A stretch of 64,000 bases of DNA from Eledone cirrhosa (GCA_964016885.1 OZ024741.1:558001-622000); one strand, 5' to 3'; numbered from the stretch's first letter, positions 38,371 to 53,719 are shown. Numbers and translations are program-made. The notes: generated by a model from the sequence alone, not told the origin.

Positions 38371-38409
38371 TATATGTGAGAAAAACCACATACCCTCCAT
38401 CTCAACTCA

Positions 38410-38447
38410 CCTTTTGAAAAGCAGAAGAACTGCGAAACCGGTAAAGG
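38410..38447 (+). ncRNA. Minimal hammerhead, U3-A8 core variant (family H2), in a ~210-bp module at 38375-38583
   Basis: ccuu-UUGAAAA-gcag aagaa cugc-GAAA-ccgg-UA|aagg; ACCGGU palindrome. Confidence 0.72.
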
Positions 38448-38583
38448 AACCAAATAAATATATATATTTTTTTTAAAATAAGACTCCAGTTGCATTTTTG
38501 ATTTCATCTCTTTTTCTTTATACTTTCACTGGTGTAGGACACCTCGGTTATTTTTCATTTTGTAAAAAAAACCTCACTTTCTG

Positions 38584-38633
<50 letters not shown>

Positions 38634-39131
38634 GTATATATATATGTGTATATATGTATATATATATAAATGTGTATATATATATATATGTATATATATA
38701 TATGTGTATATATGTATATATATATATAAATGTGTTGTTATATTTGGGGAGGGTCATATTTGCGTAATATTGCCAGAATTAATAACAGAACACACTCACT
38801 GTTTGGTTGGTTTTCGCTTCTCGCTGTCTTTTATATCTGCGATCTAACTTACTCGGTCCTCAATGTTGCCATTGATTGACCGGCGGTCAAAAATAATACA
38901 GATACAATATAGACACAAACACATATATATAGTTTACATAATTTACATAAATCTTTCGTTGCACATCTGCATGTGTATATATATATATATATGTGTATAT
39001 ACATATATATATGTGTATATACATATATATGTATATATATATGTATATATATGTATTTATATATGTGTATATATATGTATATATAATGTATATATATATG
39101 TATATATGTATATGTATATATATGTATATAC

Positions 39132-39165
<34 letters not shown>

Positions 39166-39398
39166 GTATATGTATATATATGTATATATATATATGTATG
39201 TATATATATGTATATGTATATATATGTATATATGTGTATATATGTATATATATGTATGTATATATATATATATGTATATATATGTATATGTATATATATG
39301 TATATATATGAATGTATATATATGTATATGTATATATATGTATATATATATATATGTATATTTATATATATGTATATTTATATATATGTATATATATG

Positions 39399-39461
<63 letters not shown>

Positions 39462-39632
39462 GTATATATATATATATGTATGTATCTATATATATGTATA
39501 TATATATATGTATATATATGTATATATATATATATGTATATATATATATGTATATATATATATATGTATATATATGTATATGTATATATATGTATATATA
39601 TGAATGTATATATATGTATATGTATATATATG

Positions 39633-39683
<51 letters not shown>

Positions 39684-39700
39684 GTATATATATATGTATG

Positions 39701-39733
<33 letters not shown>

Positions 39734-39774
39734 GTATATATATATGTATGTATATATATATATGTATATATATA

Positions 39775-42742
39775 AATACTCAAAAATGGAAGATCAAATT
39801 CCTCGAGGACTGGATTGATGTCCATCCAAACCACATCCCTTTCTTCGTCCTCACTGAAACCCATCTCAGTAACCTCCACTTGGAAGCCGAGGTGAAAGTG
39901 AAAAATTTCAAAGCCATCCGTGCTGATCGCGCTGGCAGAAGAAAGGGCGGAACTGCCATTTATGTCCATAATTCTTTCTCAACAGAGGCTATGAACATAT
40001 TCACTAATGGATACTGTGAAGCAGTCACTGTATTCAGTCAAACCAACAACCTAATAGTAGTTGGGCTCTATAGGCCACCCCAAACGCCTGTACCATGCTT
40101 CAAGGAATGCCTCAACAGCATAAAGTGTTTCATCCAAGAGTGTCACCCTGACAACATCTTAATGATGGGGGACTTCAACCTCCCCGGAGTTGACTGGTCC
40201 ACAAACAGCCTGCCACCAGGTTCTTCTGCCTCAACCTCTGACAGGGAAGCTGTGGAATCGCTTCTTGACTTGATGGATGATTTCTTCCTATTCCAACTGG
40301 TGCTCGAACCAACGAGGTGCCACAAAAACGTCCTAGACTTAATTTTCAGCAATCACACTGACAATATCCACAATATTGCAGTGGAGAAAACTCTACTCTC
40401 TGATCATGACATGGTTCTCTGTGATCTGAGATTCCACCGTCCAATATACAAACCCAATGTCATCTCTCCTGTCCATCCGTTTGACGCTATGGATTTCCAC
40501 AATGCAAACTGGGAAGCGATCAGTCATGATCTTGAACATGTCGACTGGTCCTTCATGCACACTCATACACCCACTAACATCAAAAAGTCCTGGCAGACAT
40601 TTGTGGACACTGTTACAAACATATGTGCTAAACACACCCCATTAAGAACTATAAACAAATCTAAGAGCAGAATCCCTAGAAATAGAAAAACGCTCATCAG
40701 AAAAATTAAGAGAACGAACAAAAAAATCAACAAGCTGAAATACTGTCAGCAGCAACACATCAATTTGACTGCCATTTCATCACTAGAGATTAAAAAACAT
40801 AACCTCCAAAACAACATAATGTCCCTCATCAACAATCAGAGAAGAGCTGAAGAGGCCTGGGCCATTGAGAAGATCAAACTCAATCCCAAAGTGTTCTTTT
40901 CATTTTCAAAAAAACACAAAATCACTGGCTCTACTGTTGGCCCTCTAATTGATGAAAATGGCACTCTTCAAGACAATGCTAAAACCATGGGTGAGATACT
41001 GCAGAAACAATACTGCTCTGTTTTCAGCAATCCTGATATGGCCGATCTGGGCTGTATCGGCGATGTTACTCCCCATTACACCTTATCGGACATAACGTTT
41101 GGCGCCCCTGATGTCTTGGCGGCAATAAAGGAAATCAAGCATAATTCAGCAGTAGGTCCCGATAGGTTCCCTGCTTGTGTCTTGAAGGCGTGTCAACACC
41201 AACTTGCATCTCCTCTTGCCAATCTGTGGCGGAACTCACTGGATGCTGGATATGTGCCAGAAAACCTTCTATCCCAGTCTGTTGTCCCAGTTTTCAAAAA
41301 GGGAAACAAATCCCTTGCCGTGAATTACCGTCCAATCTCACTCACCTCTCATATCATTAAGGTATTTGAGAGAGTGGTGAGATCGCGAATGACCCACTTC
41401 CTTGAGAGTAACAATATGCTGAACTCCAACCAGCATGGATTCCGTAATGGAAGGGATTGCCTGACGCAGCTACTGCATCACTTTGATGACATTTTGAGAG
41501 CCTTGGGAGAGGGTTCCAACACTGATGTTATCTACCTTGATTTCAGCAAGGCCTTTGACAGGGTTGATCATAACATTCTACTGAGAAAGCTGTCCAATAT
41601 TGGTGTCACTGGAAAGCTGCTGCAGTGGATTAAGAGCTTCCTGTCAAACAGAACCCAACATGTTGTAGTTGAGGGAGTCAAATCAAGCCCAGCCAAAGTC
41701 AGTAGTGGGGTCCCACAAGGCACTGTGTTGGGCCCACTTCTCTTCATCATCTATATTAATGACATCACTGACATCATCAAACACAGCAACATTAAAATTT
41801 TCGCTGATGATTCCAAGCTCCAAAAGGTCATCAATGGCGTGGATGACCGGATAAGCCTTCAGTCAGACCTACTGGCTGTTACCCAATGGGCAGAAAAGAA
41901 CAACATGTTACTGAACGAAGACAAATTCGAACTGATCCACTTTGGAAAAGAGGATGCTCTGAAACTCCCGTACTCCCTTCCCTCCGGGGAAACTCTCGTG
42001 GCATCTAACAACATCAGAGACTTGGGAGTAACCGTGGACAGCAACATAAGCTGGACCACGCATATAAGCAGCAAAGTTGACATGGCCCGCAGAATGTGTT
42101 CCTGGATCCTCAGAACCTTCCAGTCGAGAGATTCCCGCACCATTATCCTTCTCTTCTCTACTTTTGCCCGACCACACCTTGAATACTGTTGTCCACTGTG
42201 GTCTCCCCACACGAAACAAAGTATCATGAAACTTGAAGCTCCTCAAAGGGCAATCACGAAAAAGATAGATGGCATGTCAGACCTTGACTACTGGGGTCGA
42301 TTAGAAAACCTGAAACTTTACTCACTCCAACGTCGCCGTGAGCGTTATATTATCTGCATGATGTGGAAAATGTTCCATCATCACTGCCCAAATGATGTTG
42401 GCATCGCCTTCAAGATACACCCAAGGCTTGGGCCCCGTGCTATCCGTCCCATTCAAAAATCTAAATCGCAACTCATAACAACAATACGGCACAATTATTT
42501 CACCTCAATCGGCCCTGCTCTCTTCAACATCACACCAGGACACGTCAAAACAGAAACTGACCACACAAAATTCAAGAAGTCTTTGGACAAATTCCTCCAA
42601 GTAATCCCGGACAAACCACCCACACCCGGATATGTCTCCGCAAACAGTAATTCTCTTCTCGAATGGGCCATGGAGCCCAAATCCTGAATTGAAAGACTTC
42701 GCCAGGTGGTGCTATTAAGTTAGACATGGCCTGGGCCAATAC
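39775..42742 (+). mobile_element. CR1/L2-group LINE, 5'-truncated, with an uninterrupted ~970-aa APE-RT frame ending at 42687
   Basis: VLTETHL, GGTAIYV, LYRPP, MGDFNLP and LSDH (APE); NYRPISLTS, YLDFSKAFD, GVPQGTVLGP, FADD, RDLGV and YSLQRRRER (RT and C-terminus); no stops; (TA)n on both sides. Confidence 0.93.
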
Positions 42743-42762
42743 TGGCCAAAACATTTCAAAGT

Positions 42763-42809
<47 letters not shown>

Positions 42810-42960
42810 ATGTATATATATATATGTATATATATGTGTATATATATATGTATATATGTATATATATATATGTGTATATATATATGTATATATGTATATA
42901 TATATATGTATATATGTATATATATATATATGTGTATATATATATGTATATGTATATATG

Positions 42961-42991
<31 letters not shown>

Positions 42992-43045
42992 GTATATATA
43001 TGTATATATATGTATATGTATATATATGTATATATATGTATGTAT

Positions 43046-43107
<62 letters not shown>

Positions 43108-43156
43108 GTATGTATATATGTATATATATGTATGTATATATATATATATATGTATG

Positions 43157-43189
<33 letters not shown>

Positions 43190-43420
43190 GTATATATATG
43201 TATATATATGCATGTATATATATATATGTATGTATATATATATATGTATATATATGTGTATATGTATATATATTTATGTATGTATATATATATGTATGTA
43301 TATATATATGTGTATATGTATATATATTTATGTATGTATATATATATATGTATGTATATATATATCTGTATGTATATATATGTATATATATATCTATATA
43401 TATGTATGTATATATATATG

Positions 43421-43473
<53 letters not shown>

Positions 43474-43698
43474 ATATATATATATGTATATATATATATG
43501 TATATATATGTATGTATATATATATATGTATGTATATATATATATATGTATGTATATATATATATGTATATATATGTATGTATATATATATATGTATGTA
43601 TATATATATATGTATGTATATATATATGTATGTATATGTATATATATATATGTGTATGTATATGTATATATATATATGTATATGTATCTGTATATATA

Positions 43699-43793
<95 letters not shown>

Positions 43794-43830
43794 GTATATA
43801 TATGTATATATATATATATATATGCATATG

Positions 43831-43879
<49 letters not shown>

Positions 43880-43958
43880 GTATATGTATATATATATATA
43901 TGTATATATATATGTATATATGTATATATATATGTATATATATATGTATATATATATG

Positions 43959-44001
<43 letters not shown>

Positions 44002-44165
44002 ATATATATGTATATATATATATGTATATATATATGTATGTATATATATATATGTATATATATATGTATATGTATATTTATATGTATGTATATATGTATA
44101 TGTATATTTATATGTATGTATATATGTATATGTATATTTATATGTATGTATATATATATATATGT

Positions 44166-44199
<34 letters not shown>

Positions 44200-44283
44200 G
44201 TATATTTATATGTATGTATATATATATGTATATATATATGTATATGTATATATATGTATATGTATATATATATATGTATATTT

Positions 44284-44315
<32 letters not shown>

Positions 44316-44326
44316 GTATATTTATG

Positions 44327-44377
<51 letters not shown>

Positions 44378-44464
44378 GTATATGTATATATATATATGTA
44401 TATGTATATATATATATGTATATGTATATATATATGTATATATATATATATATGTATATATATG

Positions 44465-44497
<33 letters not shown>

Positions 44498-44524
44498 GTA
44501 TATGTATATATATATATGTATATG

Positions 44525-44555
<31 letters not shown>

Positions 44556-44626
44556 GTATATGTATATATATATATATGTATATGTATATATATAGATATA
44601 TGTATATATATATATATATGTATATG

Positions 44627-44665
<39 letters not shown>

Positions 44666-44715
44666 GTATGAAAAACCACATGTGAGAAAAACCACAGACC
44701 CTCCATCTCAACTCA

Positions 44716-44753
44716 CCTTTTGAAAAGCAGAAGAACTGTGAAACCGGTAAAGG
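44716..44753 (+). ncRNA. Minimal hammerhead, U3-A8 variant (family H2), in module 44680-44891
   Basis: Same as 38410, with a G-U wobble in stem II (gcag/cugu). Confidence 0.7.
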
Positions 44754-44920
44754 AACCAAATAAATATATATATTTTTTTTTAAAATAAGACTCCAGTTGC
44801 ATTTTCGATTTCATCTCTTTTTCTTTATACTTTCACTCGTGTAGGACACCTCGGTTATTTTTCATTTTGTAAAAAAAACCTCACTTTCTAATATATATAT
44901 GTATATGTATATATATATGT

Positions 44921-44954
<34 letters not shown>

Positions 44955-44970
44955 ATGTATATGTATATAT

Positions 44971-45052
<82 letters not shown>

Positions 45053-45087
45053 GTATATGTATATATATATATATGTATATGTATATG

Positions 45088-45155
<68 letters not shown>

Positions 45156-45171
45156 TATATGTATATGTATA

Positions 45172-45208
<37 letters not shown>

Positions 45209-45232
45209 GTATATATATGTATATATATATAT

Positions 45233-45337
<105 letters not shown>

Positions 45338-45531
45338 GATAAATCTACCAAGAGTTTACGGTAGTGTCCAATCCGTATAAAGAACTCAATGTAATCCGGA
45401 TATCATGGAAAGAAGAGATGCAATGAAAAATCACTTTCGGTGAAAGATAAACGGAATACAGAGTCAAGATAAAATATTAAACAAATAATGAATAAAACAA
45501 TGAAACAGTTCCTTATATTAAACAAAAAAAG

Positions 45532-45686
45532 TTCATTATTTAACGATCGTTTCTAGGATATATATGTGTTAGAATTGGCATGCATATTCAACAGATCTAT
45601 GTACAAAATTATACAAAATTATACAAACTATCAAAATTAAATATACATACCCAACACATATATATGCCGTCTTCAGAAATAATGAA
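45532..45686 (-). ncRNA. Type I hammerhead (family H5) with long stem II
   Basis: Minus strand: uucauuauuu-CUGAAGA-cgg c auauauauguguugg...cuaacacauauauau ccua-GAAA-cgaucg-UU|aaauaaugaa; ACGAUCGU palindrome. Confidence 0.8.
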
Positions 45687-46807
45687 ATATATTTATTGAT
45701 AATAACAACAATTCAAAATTTCAGGTCCGTTTGGGAACAGAGTTCAAATTGACCAATGAAAATACAAAAAATGTTATGCAGTTTGGTGTGTGTATATACA
45801 TGTAATTAACTTCATACACATATTTACATAAAGATATATGTTCACATGCATACGCATGCCAAAAAGATGTATGCAAATACAAAAATTCAAGGCTAATGTC
45901 TCTGTAAGTCTATAATCCACAGATAAAATGCGTATAGACACATAAATATGAAATAAATGTATACACACATTCATATACTCACACATATTCGTACACTCAC
46001 ACCCACACGCGCGTATATGCATAAACATACACATAACTACGAACACATATACACACACACACCCCCACACACATATATATGTGCATATAGTATTTTCATA
46101 AGCATATGGACATTAATGCACGCACATAAACACTGCCACACACATTTAGATCAGGATACAGAAATTAGGTGGGAGGGGGGGAGAGGTCAGTATTCAACGG
46201 TTTCGGCAGGCTGCCTATTTATAGATGTATCTATAAACTTAGAAATAAAAAGAAAAGAAAAAGAAAAAAGAAAAAAGAAATATATCAAGAAAATATATAT
46301 ATATATATACATCCACACATACACACACACACACACACATATATATACATATACATATATATATACACATATATACACACATATATATACACATACACAT
46401 ACATATACACATATATACACACACATATATACACACACATGTATATATATATACACACATATATATACACACACATATATATACAAACAAGTAAAATATA
46501 AAGTATACATCGATATACATACATAAAGACATATAAATAAATACACACGCATACACACACATACATATACATACATATACATACACATATATATAAACAC
46601 ATACATACACATACATATACATACACATACCATATAAATACACATACACATACATAGACGTATACATATAGAGACACATACATATACACATATAAATACA
46701 TAGACACATACACACATAAACACATATATATATATATATATATTTTTTTTTTTACACACATATACACATACACGCAAACATATATATATATATATATACA
46801 CGCACAC

Positions 46808-46866
<59 letters not shown>

Positions 46867-47072
46867 CATATATATATACACTCACAACACTCGTATATAT
46901 ATACACACTCATACATATACACACGTATACATATATATACAGTCACACCTACATACATATATATATATAAATACACTCATATATATACACACATAGACAT
47001 ACATACCCGCATATAAATATATATATATACATAAATATATATATATATATACACACATACACACATACACAT

Positions 47073-47141
<69 letters not shown>

Positions 47142-47263
47142 TATACACACATACATACACATATACACACATACATATATACTCACACACACACACCTAC
47201 ATACACATACACATATATAAAGATATATATACACACACACACACACACACATATATAATAAAT

Positions 47264-47297
<34 letters not shown>

Positions 47298-47597
47298 ACA
47301 TATACATACATATATACATACATACATACATATACATACATATATATACACACATATACATACACACATACACTCACACACACATACATACACACATACA
47401 TACTCATACATAGACATAGATATATACCCACACACACATACGCACTTACATATACGCATATATACAAATACATACACATCCATATATGCGTATATACATA
47501 CAAAGACCACTACACGCTCACACAACTCAGACATACAAAGAAAAAGGTATATACATATATATATATACACATATAAATAGAGATACGTATACACATA

Positions 47598-47633
<36 letters not shown>

Positions 47634-47713
47634 CCCACACACACGTAGAACCATAAACACACATACATACATATATATACACACACACAAAGACACACAT
47701 ACATATATATATC

Positions 47714-47759
<46 letters not shown>

Positions 47760-47820
47760 CATACACATACACTCACACATATATAGACATGCACACACAT
47801 ACATACATACATACATACAC

Positions 47821-47857
<37 letters not shown>

Positions 47858-48138
47858 GTATATACATATATATGTATATATATATATGTATATACATATA
47901 TATGTATATACATATATATGTATATATATATATGTATATATGTATATATATATATGTATATATATATATGTATATGTATATACATATGTATATATATATG
48001 TATATATATATATGTATATATACATGTATATATATATATGTATATGTATATACATATGTATATATATATGTATATATATATATGTATATGTATATACATA
48101 TGTATATATATATGTATATATATATATATGTATATATA

Positions 48139-48330
48139 TGAAGGAAGACGTGGTAGAGGTAGACCACGAAAAACATGGGCGGAGGTGGTGAGAACAGACC
48201 TCAGATCATTGAAGCTCACGGTGGAGATGACGAGGGACCGTGACGAGTGGAGAGTTGCTGTGCTGAATAAGACCCGTCCCACCCTTGCAAGCAGGGAAAA
48301 GCGGACGTAAAATGATGATGATGATGATGA
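48139..48330 (+). mobile_element. RTE family A extreme 3' fragment
   Basis: Matches 824-1016; [13 protein letters not shown]; (GAT)n tail. Confidence 0.9.
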
Positions 48331-48386
48331 TATATATGTATGTATATGTCTATATACATATATATGTATGTATATGTATATATATG

Positions 48387-48417
<31 letters not shown>

Positions 48418-48478
48418 AATGTATATATATGTATATATATATATATATGTATATGTATATATATATATATGTATATGT

Positions 48479-48510
<32 letters not shown>

Positions 48511-48563
48511 GTATATATATGTATATGTATATATATATATATGTATGTATATATATATATATA

Positions 48564-48860
48564 TGTAAAGTTATGTTGGTGCCACAACATCCAGGCCGAA
48601 ACAAATGAGATCGTGTAGGTGTCACGTCAAAAAACACACAGTTCACGCTGTAATGTGGCCGTGTAGGCAACACGGTAAAAACCTCCCAGCCCCACACTGT
48701 AAATGTGGTTGGTGTTAGGAAGGGCATCCAGCTGTAGAAAACCCACCAGACAGTCCTATGCGAGCAAGATAATCACTCTTGCCTCAAGTGGGAAAAACCC
48801 CGTCCAAACCCATGCAAGCGTGGAACACGGATGTTAAACGTTGATGATGATGATGATGAT
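48564..48860 (+). mobile_element. RTE 3' UTR fragment
   Basis: Matches 60930-61221. Confidence 0.88.
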
Positions 48861-49253
48861 GTATGTATATGTATATATATATATGTATGTATATATATAT
48901 ATATGTATGTATATATATATGTATGTATATATATATATGTATGTATATATATATATGTATGTATATATATATATATGTATGTATATATATATATATATAT
49001 GTATGTATATATATATATATGTATGTATATATGTATATATGTATATATATATGTATGTATATATATATATGTATGTGTATATATATATATGTGTATATAT
49101 ATATATGTATGTATATATATATATATGTATGTGTATATATATATATGTATGTATATATGTATGTATATATATATATGTATATATATATGTATGTATATAT
49201 ATATATATGTACGATATTAATAAATGGAAACTATATTTATAAAACCATATTTA

Positions 49254-49314
49254 TTTCATTATACATATTTCAGGGATACCACATTAAATTATGGTATGCC
49301 TTCATCAGACAAAA
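49254..49314 (-). ncRNA. Minimal type I hammerhead (family H3)
   Basis: Minus strand: uuuugu-CUGAUGA-agg c auacca...ugguau c ccu-GAAA-u augu a-UA|augaaa; 3' flank homologous to 33811-33850. Confidence 0.72.
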
Positions 49315-51868
49315 TACAATATATAACAGTTTTACAAATAGGTTTGACGTACCCTTTAAAATACAACCATTACTTTTGGAGGCTGTCTGGATAGTGATTT
49401 GTTCATATAATAAGTCATAGTGTTAAGCACAATTAGAAAAAGACGGAGAGAAAGAAAGAGAAAAGAACAAAGACAGAGCGAGAGAAATAAAAGAGAAAGA
49501 AAACCTGGAGAAATATCGGAGAGAGAGAGAAAAGTATGGAGAAAAGAAAGAGATAGATAAAGATAGGAGGAAATAAAAAAGAAAGAAAAGGAAGGAATAA
49601 GAAAAACAAAGGAAAGCAACAGAGAGATATCAAGTCATCATACAGAAAGAGAAACTCAAGAGAGAGAAATACTATATAGAGAGAGGGGGACAATTTATAT
49701 GAAATGAATAATAAAAATATAAATATAAGTATCAATATTCATGAATGGGACATAGATATACTAGACCTGAAAAATGCGCAAGCTCAAAAGTGCCACAGAA
49801 TGTTATAATAAACCTTCAAAAGTGTGGGACTAGAGTTGTTGCTAAAAAATATTGTAATCATTATATATCATACATTCTGTGGCATCCTTTATAAAAATAG
49901 CTTAAACCAACGAAGCCTTTATTTTTACGCTATTTCACTTAGTTAATTCTTAGAGTGTAACATATAAAAATATGATTTACAACTATAAAATAAATTAATT
50001 AATATAATAACAGAGCTGCGGAGCTGAAATTTAGGAAATAATGGAGTATCGGATCCTGAGTTGGAGCCAGTCAATTTTTGGCCGACTCCGCAGCCCTGTA
50101 TAATACATTTCATATTAAAGTTATTAATAAACCTATTTTACACTGCATGCAAATTACCATGAGATATTTATATTAGATATAAGATACAGCGCAATATCTA
50201 CAGCTGTAAAAGTACGAAAGCGAAGTAATAATAAGTGGCTTAAGGTAATTCCAATATGAAAGTTTGTAGTGATAAAAATTTGATAATGCAATACGATTGT
50301 TAATATTATAGTTCTATGAAAATGTAACAATAGATAACTAAATTATTTTACTATTAGTATATTTAAGAAATTATCATTATAGATTTGATCGTTCATATAA
50401 GCATCATATTAATTTTCAACACAATTATTTTGTTACTATGAGTATATGATAATAATATTACGTAATTATTTATAGCTGTTATTACATTAAACATAGATGT
50501 ATTTATTTTTATATGTTACACTCTAAGAATTAACTAAGTGAAATAGCGTAAAAATAAAGGCTTCGTTGGTTTAAGCTATTTTTATAAAGGATGCCACAGA
50601 ATGTACGATATATAATGATTACAATATTTTTTAGCAACAACTCTAGTCCCACACTTTTGAAGGTTTATTATAACATTCTGTGGCACTTTTGAGCTTGCGC
50701 ATTTTTCATGTCTAGTTTAATATTTTTTTAAGGCAACGCTTGTAATAACTCTAGTTAAACAGGATATATATTAATAATAAATTATCGTTGTAATGTAATT
50801 AGATTATGTAATTGTTATTATAAATTATCTTATAAATATTAGTGTAAGATGTATAAAAATATTTTCAGACTTTTAATATAAACAACTACAAAAAACAATC
50901 AATATTAAATCAATATATTATACATAATAGAAAACATAAAATAAACAATACAAAAACAAAATATTTACATACAATTGCAATTATCAGTGTATATACATTT
51001 TCTTTATATTCCCTGAGCAAATTAATAAGATTTGTTATTATTGTACATAATTTGTGATTAAATTGTTATCTTAAGCAACTCACTTTTTAATAGTTGTTGG
51101 CTGAGCGAAATTGTAAAAGCCTATGAGCAAATATAAAAAAAAATACACAAACAACATTTCCTTGTGTTATTACAACATTAGATAAAATAATTGAGCAATG
51201 TCGTTATATTTTGCTCTTATTGCACATTAATAGTGTTTCTATTTTTCGGCACAAATCCATTACGGCAGTCCATTACTGGTACTTTATTTTATCGAATTAG
51301 TAAGTATGAAAGTCGAAGTTAACCTCGGCAGGATTTGAACTTAGAATGCAAAGGACCATAACAATACTGCAAAGCATGGTGTCTGACGCTCTACCAATAC
51401 TTGTGTTGAGCTGGTCATTAATTTATGGTGGTCGTGCGTGGAGTAGAGCAAACGCTAGTTGAAATATTATGAACAAAACATTTTTATTTGCCGAAGAACA
51501 TATTTTCAATACTGTTTGTGAATGTGACGAAGGAAATACATTCTGATATGGAACAGTGTACAAAGTGTGTCTGTGAATAACATAATGTTACCTCATGTTG
51601 TTGTCAAGACATAATGGATTTCGTATATCCAGTTAGAAGATGAAACCTAGCCATCTCGGATTAGTTATATTTCATGCCATGTGTAAACGTGTTTGAGGAT
51701 AGCAAAATATGCATGTTTCTTGTCTGGAAACTTTCTGCTAAACTGATTGGTTTCGTTTTTGGCACTATACAATACTCATCCAACAGATAGCTGTATTGGA
51801 TCCTTGATTGGTTAATATTTAGGTGAGGGTGCTTGATGCAGAGTTAGTGCAAAATGGATCAATGAGTG

Positions 51869-52521
51869 TAATAATAATAATGATAATAATAATGAAAATA
51901 TTGTGTACAATGCTGAGGTGCACTACAACTCATCAAAAGTGCATATATAATACATAGGGTAATATAAAAACGTCATGAAAAAAGAACAGTGTATGAGTCA
52001 TGATATACACATATGTGCATGTGTATGGAAGGGGGACATCAGGTGTAGTTTTGGTGTATTTCGGAATGTATGATGGTTTTAAAGGATGCAGTGTGTCATC
52101 AGCTAACAACTGATGCAGGAAGTTTGTTCCATCCTTCAGCAACTCTGAGCATGAAGAAATATTTCCTAAAGTCATGGGAGCTGTGTTGTTTTCTGACTTT
52201 GTAGGCATGTCCACGTGTTAGACACATGGAGATCAAAAAGGTGTTCGGGGTTGTTGTTGGTCGGATGGTTAATAACTTTGTGGGTGTTTACCAAGTCCAT
52301 TGCCAGAGGGAAGCAAAATATTCAGGGTATGGTAGGTGTCTGATGGAGGGTATGCACTTGGTTGCATGTCTCTGAACAGTTTCCAGGAGGTCAATGTTCT
52401 GAGCAAGATAGGGGTTCCAGACTGATGACGCGAACTCCAAGTGTATTCGTACCATAGATGTATAAAGTTTTAAATAGATGGCTGGAGAGCAGCTAATGAA
52501 GGTCTTGCTGATTGATGCCAA
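51869..52521 (-). mobile_element. CR1/L2-group LINE 3' fragment
   Basis: LYTSMVRIHLEFASSVWNPY...LETVQRHATK; (ATT)n tail. Confidence 0.8.
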
Positions 52522-52733
52522 GTCAATCTTAATAAATTGACTGATTTATCTGTTCACTACTGCTAATCCACCGCTGTTTGTACAATTTTTTAGATAATGT
52601 CAATTTGAGCTTGAATCATTGGCGTAATGAAATTTGAAAAGATTATAAGCAAATCTTTTTTAAAATACACAGACAACATTTAACTGTATCGTTGCAACAT
52701 TAGATCTAATAATGGAGCAACATTTGTGCAGAA

Positions 52734-53198
52734 TTATTGTTTGTGCAATAAGATATTTGCAGATCTGTACTTGGTCTGCTCTTTAGCCAACTCGGTACGT
52801 TTAGAAGCTCTACGCTCGGCTTGCTTTTGAGATATAATAGCTGAATTTGCAGATCTATACTTGGCCTGCTTGTTTGCCAACTCATACCGTTTTGAACATC
52901 TATACTTGGCCTGTTTTTGTGTTAATTTAGCAAAATTCACAGCTCTATAATCGGCCTGTTTTTGTCTCAACTTCTCCCGATTCCGCATCCGGTAAGCTGC
53001 TTTCATATCCAATTTAATACGCCCATCTAGATTATTAGCACAGGAATGTGAACAAGCTTGTGGGACCGCATCATTGTAAGTATATGAACTGCCTGCAACA
53101 TCAAGACCCAATTCACAAGTGCAGCGTTGCTCATTCACATCGGCAGTGGGGACACCAAAATCAGTGACAGGTCTCGATTCACTCGCGAGATACATCAC
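52734..53198 (-). pseudogene. ORF remnant with 15-aa basic repeats (KQAKYR), probably TE-derived
   Basis: Five periodic Q(A/T)(K/D/E)(Y/R)R units; no catalytic domain seen. Confidence 0.35.
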
Positions 53199-53226
53199 AG
53201 CTACACTATATATTTAAACATATATA

Positions 53227-53290
53227 CAGTGATACCTCGCTAATTGGCGGTTCAACTATCGCGGATTCACGATTTCGCGCATTTTTAGAA
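53227..53290 (+). mobile_element. Tigger/pogo-like terminal fragment
   Basis: TA followed by CAGTGATACCTCGC...ATCGCGGATTCACGATTTCGCG; no partner end found. Confidence 0.5.
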
Positions 53291-53475
53291 TATATATATG
53301 AACACCTAAAATTTTTCATTAAATCCATTAAAATATTAATAATAAACACAGTTCTAATCATACGCTATATATATATATATATAAATATAAGTAATTAATA
53401 CCGTATAAATGGTACAAAGACTGTTTATGTAAAATGTATTTCTCAACAGAGTATTGAATACTTAGGAGAAATTCA

Positions 53476-53688
53476 AAACGAAGAGTGATAAAATTTCAAG
53501 CAAAGAGTTTAATTAGGTAATGACTTACAAATTTGTTTCAGTATATAGACAAAGCCTGAAGCGCTAATTATAATAATTAGTTAATAATATTACAAAATAT
53601 ATTAATATTATATTAAATATATACTGAAACAAATTTGTAAGTCATTACCTAATTAAACTCTTTGCTTGAAATGTTATCATTCTTCGTT
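53476..53688. repeat. ~70-bp-arm inverted repeat
   Basis: aaacgaagagtgataaaatttcaagc...cagtatata vs tatatactg...cattcttcgttt. Confidence 0.85.
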
Positions 53689-53711
<23 letters not shown>

Positions 53712-53719
<8 letters not shown>

